From Promethearchaeota archaeon (GTDB lineage Archaea > Asgardarchaeota > Lokiarchaeia > Sigyniarchaeales > SOKP01), in contig JAHPZA010000009.1 of the NCBI GenBank assembly GCA_019058445.1, positions 352,001 through 416,000 on the forward strand: DNA of 64,000 bases, given 5' to 3'. The notes under the pieces were generated by a model, which did not search any database, was not told the DNA's origin, and saw only the letters and a program-made list of their open reading frames with translations. The position numbers and the translations under genes were made by a program. This document shows, in pieces, positions 10,308 to 19,658 of this stretch; position 1 is the first letter of the stretch, and each line of letters starts with the position of its first letter.

Positions 10308-11426
10308 TTATTTCATTATTTCTGCGGGTTTCTCAATTCTAGGAATCAATACTACAACTTCTCTTGGCCCTGTTCTTTTTAATTCAAGAGCTTCTTGAGG
10401 ACAATGATAAGCGCATATTCCACAGCCAATGCATCTTGTCTTATTGATTTCTAATAATTCATTTATTAAGTCTAATGCTTCCATAGGACATTTTTTTACG
10501 CATGTTTGACAGCCTACACAGAGTTCTTCATTCAATGACACTTCATAAGATGTTAATGCCTTCATTGGTAAATTACCCTCATAAAGACTGTGAAAAACTT
10601 CACAGCAACATTTACAGCAATTGCATATAGCAAATTCATCATTATTAGTATCTTGATAGGAATGAAAAGTTCTATGAACAAGACCTAAATCCTCTGCTTC
10701 CTTTAATAATTTAATTGCTTCATCTTTAGAAATTTCCTCAGCAAAATGATAATCTATATAAAATTGAGCAACTCTTCCAAAGAATAAACAATTTTTTTTT
10801 GGTGCTGCAATCTTGCATGGATCATTTAAGAGCTCTCTATGGTGCCTGCAATAGCAATTAGATACAGAAATAACATCAAATTTTTTGACTATCTGAGATG
10901 CAATTTCTAAAGGTAAAATTAATTCCTCAGGAGTTTCCATTTTTTCTTCTACTGGAACAATCCGATATATTGGTGTAGTTTGCTCAAATAATTTCATAGT
11001 AGTATCATAGTTCTTTTGATATCCCTCTCCAATATCTTGGAAATAAGCTTCAAAAAGTTGTGCTAATATCGTTTGCTTTTCCCCCGATTCTCCCTTCATA
11101 AATTGCATCTCAAAAATACCCGGTACAGGTCCTAATAAATAATATACCATAACACCTGTACTTCTACTTGGTGTGGCTATCATTACGCCATTTTTTACCA
11201 TTTGTTCTACTAATTTAAGAACCGTTTGCTTATCTAACTTTGAATTTGATATTAATTGATCTAAATTCATTGAACGCTTTTTAAATAATAGAATAATTTT
11301 TGCTTGCTCCTCAGTAAATAACAACTTAATAATTTTAATTAATGATTCGCTAACTGGAAAGGGTACTCCTCCTGATTTAATAAGCTTTCTTGCTACTTTA
11401 TACCATAATTTATTGTCATCTGACAA
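10308..11426 (-). CDS. 4Fe-4S binding protein, paralog
   Basis: CYCR, CNCCKCCC and two ferredoxin motifs; TTG at 11426 follows GAGGT (track start is 11480). Confidence 0.85.
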   Translation of the reverse strand: MSDDNKLWYKVARKLIKSGGVPFPVSESLIKIIKLLFTEEQAKIILLFKKRSMNLDQLISNSKLDKQTVLKLVEQMVKNGVMIATPSRSTGVMVYYLLGPVPGIFEMQFMKGESGEKQTILAQLFEAYFQDIGEGYQKNYDTTMKLFEQTTPIYRIVPVEEKMETPEELILPLEIASQIVKKFDVISVSNCYCRHHRELLNDPCKIAAPKKNCLFFGRVAQFYIDYHFAEEISKDEAIKLLKEAEDLGLVHRTFHSYQDTNNDEFAICNCCKCCCEVFHSLYEGNLPMKALTSYEVSLNEELCVGCQTCVKKCPMEALDLINELLEINKTRCIGCGICAYHCPQEALELKRTGPREVVVLIPRIEKPAEIMK

Positions 11427-11495
11427 TTTTTTCGACCTCATTAGATATATTATTGTTATGGTGACAGAACAATCGCACACTTATAAATGTTATTG

Positions 11496-11505
11496 TGTGA
11501 TCACA
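11496..11505. promoter_or_regulatory. Palindrome TGTGATCACA, candidate operator
   Basis: Perfect 10-bp palindrome between the Fe-S genes and the divergent TrmB-like regulator. Confidence 0.35.
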
Positions 11506-11545
11506 TCAGAACATATTTAAATAATTGATATAACATGGTATATAT

Positions 11546-12538
11546 ATGGTTAGAAAAAAAATAGAAAATGAAATTTTATCAGCACTCAAAGATGCTGGTC
11601 TTAACAATGAGGAATCCATTATTTATTATACATTAATAAAATATGGTAAAAAGGGAGCAACAGTCAGAAAAGTAAATCTTGAATTAAAGCAAATTGAGAG
11701 GACTACGATTTATCATATTCTAGAAAGATTAATTAAAAAGGAATTTGTCATTGCAAAGGAATCAGCAGAAACTCTAAAAAAAGCGAAAATATTTATTGGT
11801 TTAGAACCATCTAATTTTTTTAACAAAATGTTAACCCAAAAAAAGAAAGAATACCAGGATTTTGAAAAAAACGCACCCCTCTTTTTAGAACGTTTACAAC
11901 AAATATATGAACTTGAGGAAGAATACGCAATTCAAAATATAAATCCCTTTATTCAACCTTATTTAAGTCTGCTATTAAAAAATGGATGGAAAATATCAAA
12001 TCAAATTGTAGAAAAAAAATCAAAAATATTTGGATATGACTTTTATGATTATCATGTTGATCCTCCTTCTACAGGACCTTATACGGGATATGGGGGATTT
12101 CATATTTATGTATTTGATCATTTTATAGATTTTAGTAGTGAAAATAAAAAAGAAGTTGATTCAGATAAGAATAATTTATTTGGTGGAAAGATCAAAGAAT
12201 CTCCTTTGAAGAACCCATTACTATTACCTTATTCTAATACTGAGTTACAATTCGCTGTTTTGCAAATAAAGAGGATCGTAAAAGAGAGATTTTTAAAAGA
12301 ATTCAAAATAAGAAATGTAATGATTAAAGAAAGTGAAATCACTCTTTTAGGTATGATTTTTTCATCATTAATAGTCAAAATTAAATCCGAAAAAGATACC
12401 AAATTTAGAGAAGCATTTAATTCAGTATTATTACCAATTGAAAACAAGTGTTATTTCATTTGGGCAGTAAAACCAAAGGTAATCCTAGAATTGCTAAAGA
12501 GTGTTTTAAGAGTAGAAAATATTCCATTTAATGAATAA
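11546..12538 (+). CDS. TrmB-like winged-HTH transcriptional regulator
   Basis: LKDAGLNNEESIIYYTL...RTTIYHILERLIKKEFV pattern. Confidence 0.7.
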   Translation: MVRKKIENEILSALKDAGLNNEESIIYYTLIKYGKKGATVRKVNLELKQIERTTIYHILERLIKKEFVIAKESAETLKKAKIFIGLEPSNFFNKMLTQKKKEYQDFEKNAPLFLERLQQIYELEEEYAIQNINPFIQPYLSLLLKNGWKISNQIVEKKSKIFGYDFYDYHVDPPSTGPYTGYGGFHIYVFDHFIDFSSENKKEVDSDKNNLFGGKIKESPLKNPLLLPYSNTELQFAVLQIKRIVKERFLKEFKIRNVMIKESEITLLGMIFSSLIVKIKSEKDTKFREAFNSVLLPIENKCYFIWAVKPKVILELLKSVLRVENIPFNE

Positions 12539-12720
12539 GACAGGGTAAATATACATTGCAAATGTTAGACTGGAGTAAAGGCTCGTTCGACACATGAATT
12601 AATTATTAATATAACATAGAAAAATAAGACGATTTTATTTTCATTTAATAAAAAACGAATCGAATTCATTTATAATTTAGAGAATAAAAGTTTTTTATTG
12701 TTCTCAGCTACTTGTTATAT

Positions 12721-13032
12721 ATGAGTGATATTCAACTACCTATCATAATTACAAAATCCGATTGCCACAGGTGCAAAGAACTGAAGGAATGGATGAAAGA
12801 GAACGAGCTTCCTTATGTTGAAAAGGATATAGATGATGAGGAATTTGTACAGCAATTACTTCATGACTCCAACTTTGTTGGGATGTTCTGCGACAAAGAG
12901 GGATGTGTGGTTAATACGCCGGTTGTAATGTATAAAGGTAAATATATCTTTAATAAGTTATGGGGAATTGATGGTTTAAGAAAGAAAGAAGCCCAGAAGC
13001 TGTTTAAAGATTTATTTAAACTAAAGAAATAA
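12721..13032 (+). CDS. Glutaredoxin-like protein
   Basis: DCHRC CxxC motif and NTP cis-Pro. Confidence 0.7.
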   Translation: MSDIQLPIIITKSDCHRCKELKEWMKENELPYVEKDIDDEEFVQQLLHDSNFVGMFCDKEGCVVNTPVVMYKGKYIFNKLWGIDGLRKKEAQKLFKDLFKLKK

Positions 13033-13135
13033 TAATATTTTTTATTTTCTTTTTTCATAGAGGGTGGCGCTCTATTTCTTAAATTTTAAGAATATAAGGA
13101 ATTATGAATTTTGAGCTTAATTATTAAAAAAAGAG

Positions 13136-14008
13136 CTATTGAGGTTCTTCTTCTTTAAAGAATTTCGAAGGTCCATAAAAAATGATTAAAATAATTACAA
13201 GGACCCATACTAAAATAACGCTTACAGTCATGCTTTCAAGAGAAAACCAAAGATTAAATAATGTAGCAAAGGTATTTGTGATAGCATGAAACACAAGAAC
13301 AATAAATACATTAGAGTTGGAATTGGAATACAACCATGTATAAATAAAAGTTAAACCAATTGTAATTATAATAAAATTCACAAGAAATAATGGTCCTAAT
13401 CTATTCAAATCTGCATTTTGACCTACACCTGTAATAAAGAACATGGGTAAGTGCCATAAAGCCCATAATATACCTAAAATAAGACTTGTTTTTAATGCAT
13501 TCCATCGATCTAAAAGGGGATTTAAAACGTATCCCCTCCATCCAAATTCTTCTCCTAAAGCAAAAGCAAACATAAATACAAAAAGAAAAATTGCTATTCC
13601 AAGAATAGAGAATAAGGTAACATTATCAACTTGTTGAGATCCTGGGATTGGGAGCGGAGAACCTAATAATGCAAAAATTAACCAAATTATTATTGCTAAC
13701 ATTGAAAGAGGTAATATTGCAGCTAAATACCATATTAATTTTGGTTGAGTGACGTTAAATCCGCTATGTAATAATTTTTTTGCTCCATCTTTCCCCTCAT
13801 ACTTATATATCATAATAAAACTTGCTATAGTGGGGCCAAAAATCCTTAAATATCCAATATAAATCCAAAGATCGACAATGTCTTGCGATGTATTTATTAT
13901 ACCTATGGAAATTAATAATGAGGGTAACCATATTAACCAAGAAATTCCATATGCTAAGATAAAATACCCAAAGATAGGTCTGTTTATTTTTGTGTTTGAT
14001 TTTCCCAT
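13136..14008 (-). CDS. CPBP/Abi (CAAX) intramembrane protease
   Basis: EEFGWRG, WALWHLP and HAITN motifs; multiple TM helices. Confidence 0.9.
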   Translation of the reverse strand: MGKSNTKINRPIFGYFILAYGISWLIWLPSLLISIGIINTSQDIVDLWIYIGYLRIFGPTIASFIMIYKYEGKDGAKKLLHSGFNVTQPKLIWYLAAILPLSMLAIIIWLIFALLGSPLPIPGSQQVDNVTLFSILGIAIFLFVFMFAFALGEEFGWRGYVLNPLLDRWNALKTSLILGILWALWHLPMFFITGVGQNADLNRLGPLFLVNFIIITIGLTFIYTWLYSNSNSNVFIVLVFHAITNTFATLFNLWFSLESMTVSVILVWVLVIILIIFYGPSKFFKEEEPQ

Positions 14009-14109
14009 AATAAATCCTTCATAATTGTATCTTCTAAGATAAAAATGACAATATAAATTTAAATATTTTATAAAAAGAGGAATAAAATACCATTAAATAG
14101 ATTATTGAA

Positions 14110-15213
14110 CTATACATCCACTCTAGGTGGGGGAATAAAAACAGTTCTAAGACCTGTTCTATTCAAGTTCATTGCTTCTTCGGGGCAGTGGTGGGCACAG
14201 ACACCACATCCAATACATCTTTCCTCGTTTACAACGGCAAGAGTATCTTCTAATCCAATTGCTTCCATAGGGCATTTTTCGACGCAAGTACCGCATCCTA
14301 TGCAATTCTCTTCATTAACTTTTGCTAAATAAGAAGTTAATGTGTTTATTGGTGCTAATCCGCGATGATACAATTCTAAAGTGCCACAGCAGCATTTACA
14401 ACAACTGCAAATAGAAAATTCGTTATATTCTGGATCGTCCATATCGTGAAATGTAGTGTGAACATATCCATTTTCTTCAGCTTCTTTGAGCATTTTTAAT
14501 GCTTTATCTTTGGAAATAGGCTTAGCAAAGTCATGTTCTATTAAGAATTTGCCATGTTTACCTAATAATAAGCAATCTCCCCCTGGAGCATCCATTTTAC
14601 AAGGGTCTCCAACAAGTTTCTGCTTATGTCTACAATAGCAAGTTCCAACACCGTAAACATCATATTTTTCTACTATTTTAGTTACTTCTTCGAACGGTAA
14701 GACTGTTTGTTGTTTTACATCAACGTATTCCTCAATAGGGACGATACGGGTGCCGGGTTTTTGATTTTTGAATTCAGATACGAATGTATCATAATTTTTT
14801 TGAACCACCTGCTTCAAGTCGTTAAATAATTTCTCGTATAAATGTGCTATCTTTTTATCTTTTTCACTCGTACCACCGCGGTAAAATGTACGTTCGAATA
14901 TTCCCGCATAAGTCCCTATAAAGGGATTAAGGTGATACTCCATGATACCGGTATTTTCATTAGGTAAAGCAGTAATAAAACCCTCATACATTAGATCATT
15001 TAGCATTTTTTCTAATTCATTGTCATCCAAGTCTGTTTTTTGTTTTATTTGATCAATGGTAAGTATAGGCTTCCTAAATACATGAAGAAATTTGGCTTGT
15101 TCCTCGGTAATTAAAGTTTGTAAAATTTCGACAAGAGTGGGGTGATAAGGGATTGCTTCTCCTCCTGCCTTTTGAATTAGGCGTATAAGTTTTGACCATA
15201 TCTTTTCGGACAT
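14110..15213 (-). CDS. 4Fe-4S binding protein, third paralog
   Basis: CYCR, CSCCKCCCG and two ferredoxin motifs. Confidence 0.85.
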   Translation of the reverse strand: MSEKIWSKLIRLIQKAGGEAIPYHPTLVEILQTLITEEQAKFLHVFRKPILTIDQIKQKTDLDDNELEKMLNDLMYEGFITALPNENTGIMEYHLNPFIGTYAGIFERTFYRGGTSEKDKKIAHLYEKLFNDLKQVVQKNYDTFVSEFKNQKPGTRIVPIEEYVDVKQQTVLPFEEVTKIVEKYDVYGVGTCYCRHKQKLVGDPCKMDAPGGDCLLLGKHGKFLIEHDFAKPISKDKALKMLKEAEENGYVHTTFHDMDDPEYNEFSICSCCKCCCGTLELYHRGLAPINTLTSYLAKVNEENCIGCGTCVEKCPMEAIGLEDTLAVVNEERCIGCGVCAHHCPEEAMNLNRTGLRTVFIPPPRVDV

Positions 15214-15390
15214 TGTTTACTCACATTTTTTATTATTGGTCTATATTTATGTGGATTTAAATTTTAATAAAGTTACGACATCAAATTATATAAAATTGAG
15301 TAAGGTGGATAAAACAATTACATGATATTTTCAATTATATTAAAAACAGATGAGTATGCCATTAAAAAATATAAAAATAAAAAGAAATAA

Positions 15391-16227
15391 TTATGAATTT
15401 TGAGTATTTTTCCTTGTAAAATCAATCCCATAAAAACCAATGACTATGACGACTAATATTCCCATGATAATTAGACTCAATAGCCATGGCATATAATTCC
15501 CACCTGGAGTAGGTTCCATTAAAGGTAAAAGAACAAATATCAAATTCATCCAGGTATGAATGATTAAAGCTGGGACGATGCTCTGCTCAGTGTTATTTTG
15601 TATCCATGCTATTATAAGACTAAACACTACTTCATTAAGTATAAACAACCAGAGAGGAATAAAATCATGATGAGGAAAACCTACCACAAAGAATAGCGGT
15701 AAATGCCAAAATCCCCAAATAAATCCTAAAATTAAATTTGCCAAAAGAGAATTAGTCTTTTCTTCCATTCGAGGTTTAGCATATCCTCTCCAACCAAATT
15801 CCTCTGCTAATGGACCATCAATCAATAAAGTAATAATAAACATCAAGGGAATTAGCCATAATGGAATAGTTGCAACTGGAAAGCTTCCTCTAAATAGAAG
15901 AACATTGATTAAATGTGCAAGAATAACTAATATAGGTAAAAGAATTATCAACGGTATCCACCACCATCCTAATTTAAAATTAAGCCATCTCTTCATATTG
16001 TTTTTAAAACCGCTCTTTCCTTCAAATTTTAAAGTTAGACTAAATGCTGACACCATTGGACCAAAGGGTGCAATCATTCCTAGTACGAAATATACTGTAT
16101 ATGAACCACCTATTAAACCATTTGTGTATAAAACAGCTGGAAACCATAAAGCCCATGTAAAAGCATATGTTATTATAAAGTATAAAAGTAAATCTCTATT
16201 CACATTCTCAGATTCCATATTTCTCAA
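15391..16227 (-). CDS. CPBP/Abi (CAAX) intramembrane protease
   Basis: EEFGWRG, WGFWHLP and HTWMN motifs. Confidence 0.9.
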   Translation of the reverse strand: MRNMESENVNRDLLLYFIITYAFTWALWFPAVLYTNGLIGGSYTVYFVLGMIAPFGPMVSAFSLTLKFEGKSGFKNNMKRWLNFKLGWWWIPLIILLPILVILAHLINVLLFRGSFPVATIPLWLIPLMFIITLLIDGPLAEEFGWRGYAKPRMEEKTNSLLANLILGFIWGFWHLPLFFVVGFPHHDFIPLWLFILNEVVFSLIIAWIQNNTEQSIVPALIIHTWMNLIFVLLPLMEPTPGGNYMPWLLSLIIMGILVVIVIGFYGIDFTRKNTQNS

Positions 16228-16350
16228 CCTTAAATTTGTGTGAATATATGAAATAATTAGATTATATTAATATTTATCATTATAATTAATAAATTTAAAA
16301 TCAAAATATCCGAATGAGCACAATAACCTCTAAATATTTAAAAGAAATAT

Positions 16351-16950
16351 CTATAATTTAAATTCTGCTAATCTCTTTATTACTTTTCTAATAGTTTTTA
16401 GACCCTCTTCATCATCTTCTACGCCTTCTTTACCTCGATCATTACTCCATAAACTAGCTCCTAAATTGGCTCCGAATGCACCTCCCGATACGGATATAAC
16501 ATGATTTTGTTGATAAAAATCTAATATTGTTCTAATAGCAATCTCCTGACCTCCACTCCGATCACCCCCAACTGCTAAAGCTATACCGATCTTATTCTTA
16601 AATACATTAGGATTCCTTGCTACTAAGGCCCGCATTCTATCCATAACCGTTTTTAATTGTCCGGATAACGTACCTTGAAAAACTGGAGTGCCTAACAGTA
16701 GAAATTTAGATTTTTCTACTTTAGGATATAGATCTTGTAAATCATCCTTATAAACGCATCCTTTTTTCTCTCGAATACAGTAATCACAATTAATGCAGAA
16801 TTTTATATCCTTGGCTCTTACAGTCCAAAATTCTGTTTTAAAGCCAAACTTTTCTGAGGCATAATTTAAAGCATAATGTACAGCAAATTCAGTACCCTGA
16901 TTTCTTGGGCTTGCACATATGCCTAAAAAGTAGTTTTCATCTTCACTCAT
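16351..16950 (-). CDS. Iron-sulfur flavoprotein (Isf/flavodoxin family)
   Basis: SPR, CxxCxxC-x5-C, GTPVF and GGQE motifs. Confidence 0.85.
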   Translation of the reverse strand: MSEDENYFLGICASPRNQGTEFAVHYALNYASEKFGFKTEFWTVRAKDIKFCINCDYCIREKKGCVYKDDLQDLYPKVEKSKFLLLGTPVFQGTLSGQLKTVMDRMRALVARNPNVFKNKIGIALAVGGDRSGGQEIAIRTILDFYQQNHVISVSGGAFGANLGASLWSNDRGKEGVEDDEEGLKTIRKVIKRLAEFKL

Positions 16951-17081
16951 AATGATTCTTAGGTTTTTTATAGAATTAAAGCTATCGAAAATAGAATATT
17001 TTGAAAACTATTTTTCTGTTATAAAATTTATTTTATTAAAAAAAAAAAAGAACTTAACAACAAAGCGGTGAATAAACAAAA

Positions 17082-18011
17082 ATGATGAGTTTGGACAAAA
17101 TTTTGAGGGATGGAAAGCTACATATTTTTTTATTAGGGAGTGGTGGACCAATTAACAATAATTTAAGAGTTGCTCCAAGTATAGCTGTGATAGCAAACGG
17201 GGAATTTATTCTTGTTGACGTTGGACCTGGTTCATACCGAAATCTTGACATATTAAGACTTCCAGCTGCGCATTTAAGTGCGATTTTTCTCACACACTTT
17301 CACTCAGATCATATCGGAGATTTAGGTGAGGCAAATGTATTATCTTGCGCTAATGGAAGAATAAAACCATTAGAAGTATATGGTCCAGAAGGAGTAGAAA
17401 AAGTAGTGAATGGATTTATTATGGCGTATGAACAAGATTCAAAATATAGAAATGACCATCATGGAGATGAGGTTTTTAATCTTGAGATTGCTACTCCTAT
17501 AAGTAAAACTATAAAGCTACCAGATCCTAACGAGAAAGAATTAGTTTTTGATAGAAATGAGCTAAAAGTTTATGCATTTGAAGTGGATCATTCTCCTGTA
17601 AAACCTGCTCTAGGCTATAGGATTGAATTTAAAGGAATGAATGTTGCTATAACCGGTGACACTATAAAGACGGAAAACCTCGTTAAACATTGTAAGAATG
17701 CAGATATTCTTTTTAGTGAAGCCATTTCTTATGATATGTTAAAAACCGTGATTGCCGGAGCACAAGCACGTAACCTTTCTAGAGTCGTTAAAATTTTGAC
17801 AGATATTCAAGAATATCACATGGAACCTGTTGTAGCTGCCAAATTAGCTAAAGAGGCAGATGTAAAGAAAATTGTATTTGTCCATATTGTACCTCCACTA
17901 ACAAATAAATTGGCTGAACAAACATATTTAAAAGGCGTTTCTGATGTTTTTGATGGAGAAATTGTTTTGGGTGAAGATAACATGAAATTTCGATTAGATC
18001 CAAAACGATAA
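17082..18011 (+). CDS. Metallo-beta-lactamase fold hydrolase (RNase Z/arylsulfatase-like)
   Basis: THFHSDH, GDT and YHM motifs. Confidence 0.85.
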   Translation: MMSLDKILRDGKLHIFLLGSGGPINNNLRVAPSIAVIANGEFILVDVGPGSYRNLDILRLPAAHLSAIFLTHFHSDHIGDLGEANVLSCANGRIKPLEVYGPEGVEKVVNGFIMAYEQDSKYRNDHHGDEVFNLEIATPISKTIKLPDPNEKELVFDRNELKVYAFEVDHSPVKPALGYRIEFKGMNVAITGDTIKTENLVKHCKNADILFSEAISYDMLKTVIAGAQARNLSRVVKILTDIQEYHMEPVVAAKLAKEADVKKIVFVHIVPPLTNKLAEQTYLKGVSDVFDGEIVLGEDNMKFRLDPKR

Positions 18012-18154
18012 GGTATTAAAAAACTCTAGATGCGATAATTTTCAATAAATAACCTCCATCCCTAGGAAATGGATGTGGATTCTCTACTGATTTCCATTAT
18101 TTTATATAGAGATTAGATAAAAAATAAAAATTAAAGAAAGTTTTTTACTTTAAT

Positions 18155-18808
18155 ATGTCCTTTGAGAAACCATCGTTAGCACGAGTGAAAATTAAATTTC
18201 CAGATAAAATATGGATATCTCAAATTTTTAATAATTATAAAGATTTACAGATGGAAATTTCTTATTTTTTACCATATGACATCGAAAAATCAATTGGAAA
18301 TGCATTAATTGAAATAAAACATTACAAAATTGAGGAAATTATAGAGGAAATCAAACATCATCCATCTGTGTTTGAGTTTAGTTTATTAGAAAAGGAAGAA
18401 CATCGAATCAAATTCAATGTAAAAACAAAAGATCCCTATCTATTATACGGAGTAATTAAATGCGGGGTACTTGTCAATTTTCCGGTTAATGTTAGAGAGG
18501 GTTTTGCATATTGGAGATTAATTGCCACTCGCGAACGGATAGATGAATTACTCACGTTATTTGATGAGAGACAGATTAATTATGAATTACTTAGAATAGG
18601 AAATGCTCCATATGAAATAACCGATGATAAAAATAAACTAAGTCTGGAAGAATCTGAAGTTCTTGACCAGGCAATAAACTCAGGTTTTTTTGAAGTTCCA
18701 AGGAAAATTTCTCTAGAGGAATTGGCAAATCAATTAGGGAAATCTAAATCTGCACTATCAGTAATGTTGAGAAAAATAATTAAAAAGAAAGTAATGTTCG
18801 AAGAATGA
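18155..18808 (+). CDS. HTH-10 (bacterio-opsin activator-like) regulator
   Basis: C-terminal GFFEVPRKISLEELANQLGKSKSALS. Confidence 0.8.
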   Translation: MSFEKPSLARVKIKFPDKIWISQIFNNYKDLQMEISYFLPYDIEKSIGNALIEIKHYKIEEIIEEIKHHPSVFEFSLLEKEEHRIKFNVKTKDPYLLYGVIKCGVLVNFPVNVREGFAYWRLIATRERIDELLTLFDERQINYELLRIGNAPYEITDDKNKLSLEESEVLDQAINSGFFEVPRKISLEELANQLGKSKSALSVMLRKIIKKKVMFEE

Positions 18809-18810
18809 AT

Positions 18811-19623
18811 CTAGCAATAAAATTTACTAATTCTTTTCTCTAACTCATCCTTAGTTATATGATTAGCATTTAAAATGAATTCGCTTAACGGAGTCATGTC
18901 ATCAATTTCTAATACATTATCCGGGCAATTAACCAAGCATTTTAAGCACCTTAAACATTTTTTATTATCTGCCTCACCAATATCGGCATTCATTGCCTGA
19001 GAAGGGCATACTTCTTCACAGGTTCGACACATACTACAGTCCTTTCCTCTCCTCGACGGGGTGGGAAGAGTTTTTTCCCTATGCTCGAACCTCTGAAAAA
19101 CATGATTTGAAATAAGGGGATTTTCAACCTGCAGACTATTAGTTTCTTTTTCTTGAAACTTTTTCATAATATTTCTTGCAAATCTTTTTGCTAAGTCGTA
19201 ATCTCTCTTATCTGGTCGCTTCTCTAAAAAATTCCATCCTGCTAAATTAAATGTATGTTTTCCAGGAAATTCTGAAGAAGCAACTAGAATAAAATTACTT
19301 TGTTCTAAAATTTCTCTAGTATTAAAATGTGCCCCACCAACAGCAACACCACCATAGGTAAAGAAGGTAGCGCATTTTTTTCCCTCTCCATTTAGAGATT
19401 TAAGCCAATCTCTTACAACTGCTGGTATCCGCCAAGCATATATAGGAGCTCCGAAGATAAAGGCATTATAAGGAGATAAATCATATTTCTGTTGCCTTTG
19501 CTTATAGCTTGTAATATTAAAAGTATCAATCTCAACATTCATTCCTGCTAATTCATCTGCAATTGCTGCAGCAATATGTTCTGTGTTTCCAGTCCCAGAA
19601 AAGTAGAATAATCCTAATTTCAA
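18811..19623 (-). CDS. Flavodoxin-ferredoxin fusion (EFR1 family)
   Basis: YFSGTGNT and two CxxCxxCxxxCP motifs; TTG at 19623 follows AGGTGG. Confidence 0.85.
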   Translation of the reverse strand: MKLGLFYFSGTGNTEHIAAAIADELAGMNVEIDTFNITSYKQRQQKYDLSPYNAFIFGAPIYAWRIPAVVRDWLKSLNGEGKKCATFFTYGGVAVGGAHFNTREILEQSNFILVASSEFPGKHTFNLAGWNFLEKRPDKRDYDLAKRFARNIMKKFQEKETNSLQVENPLISNHVFQRFEHREKTLPTPSRRGKDCSMCRTCEEVCPSQAMNADIGEADNKKCLRCLKCLVNCPDNVLEIDDMTPLSEFILNANHITKDELEKRISKFYC

Positions 19624-19658
19624 TAAATCCACCTAATTATTTGAAAAAATACATTCCA

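Noticed and set aside
18050-18100. Short imperfect hairpins upstream of the HTH-10 gene (riboswitch or C/D RNA?)
   Set aside because: No box C or known aptamer consensus, and the pairing is weak.
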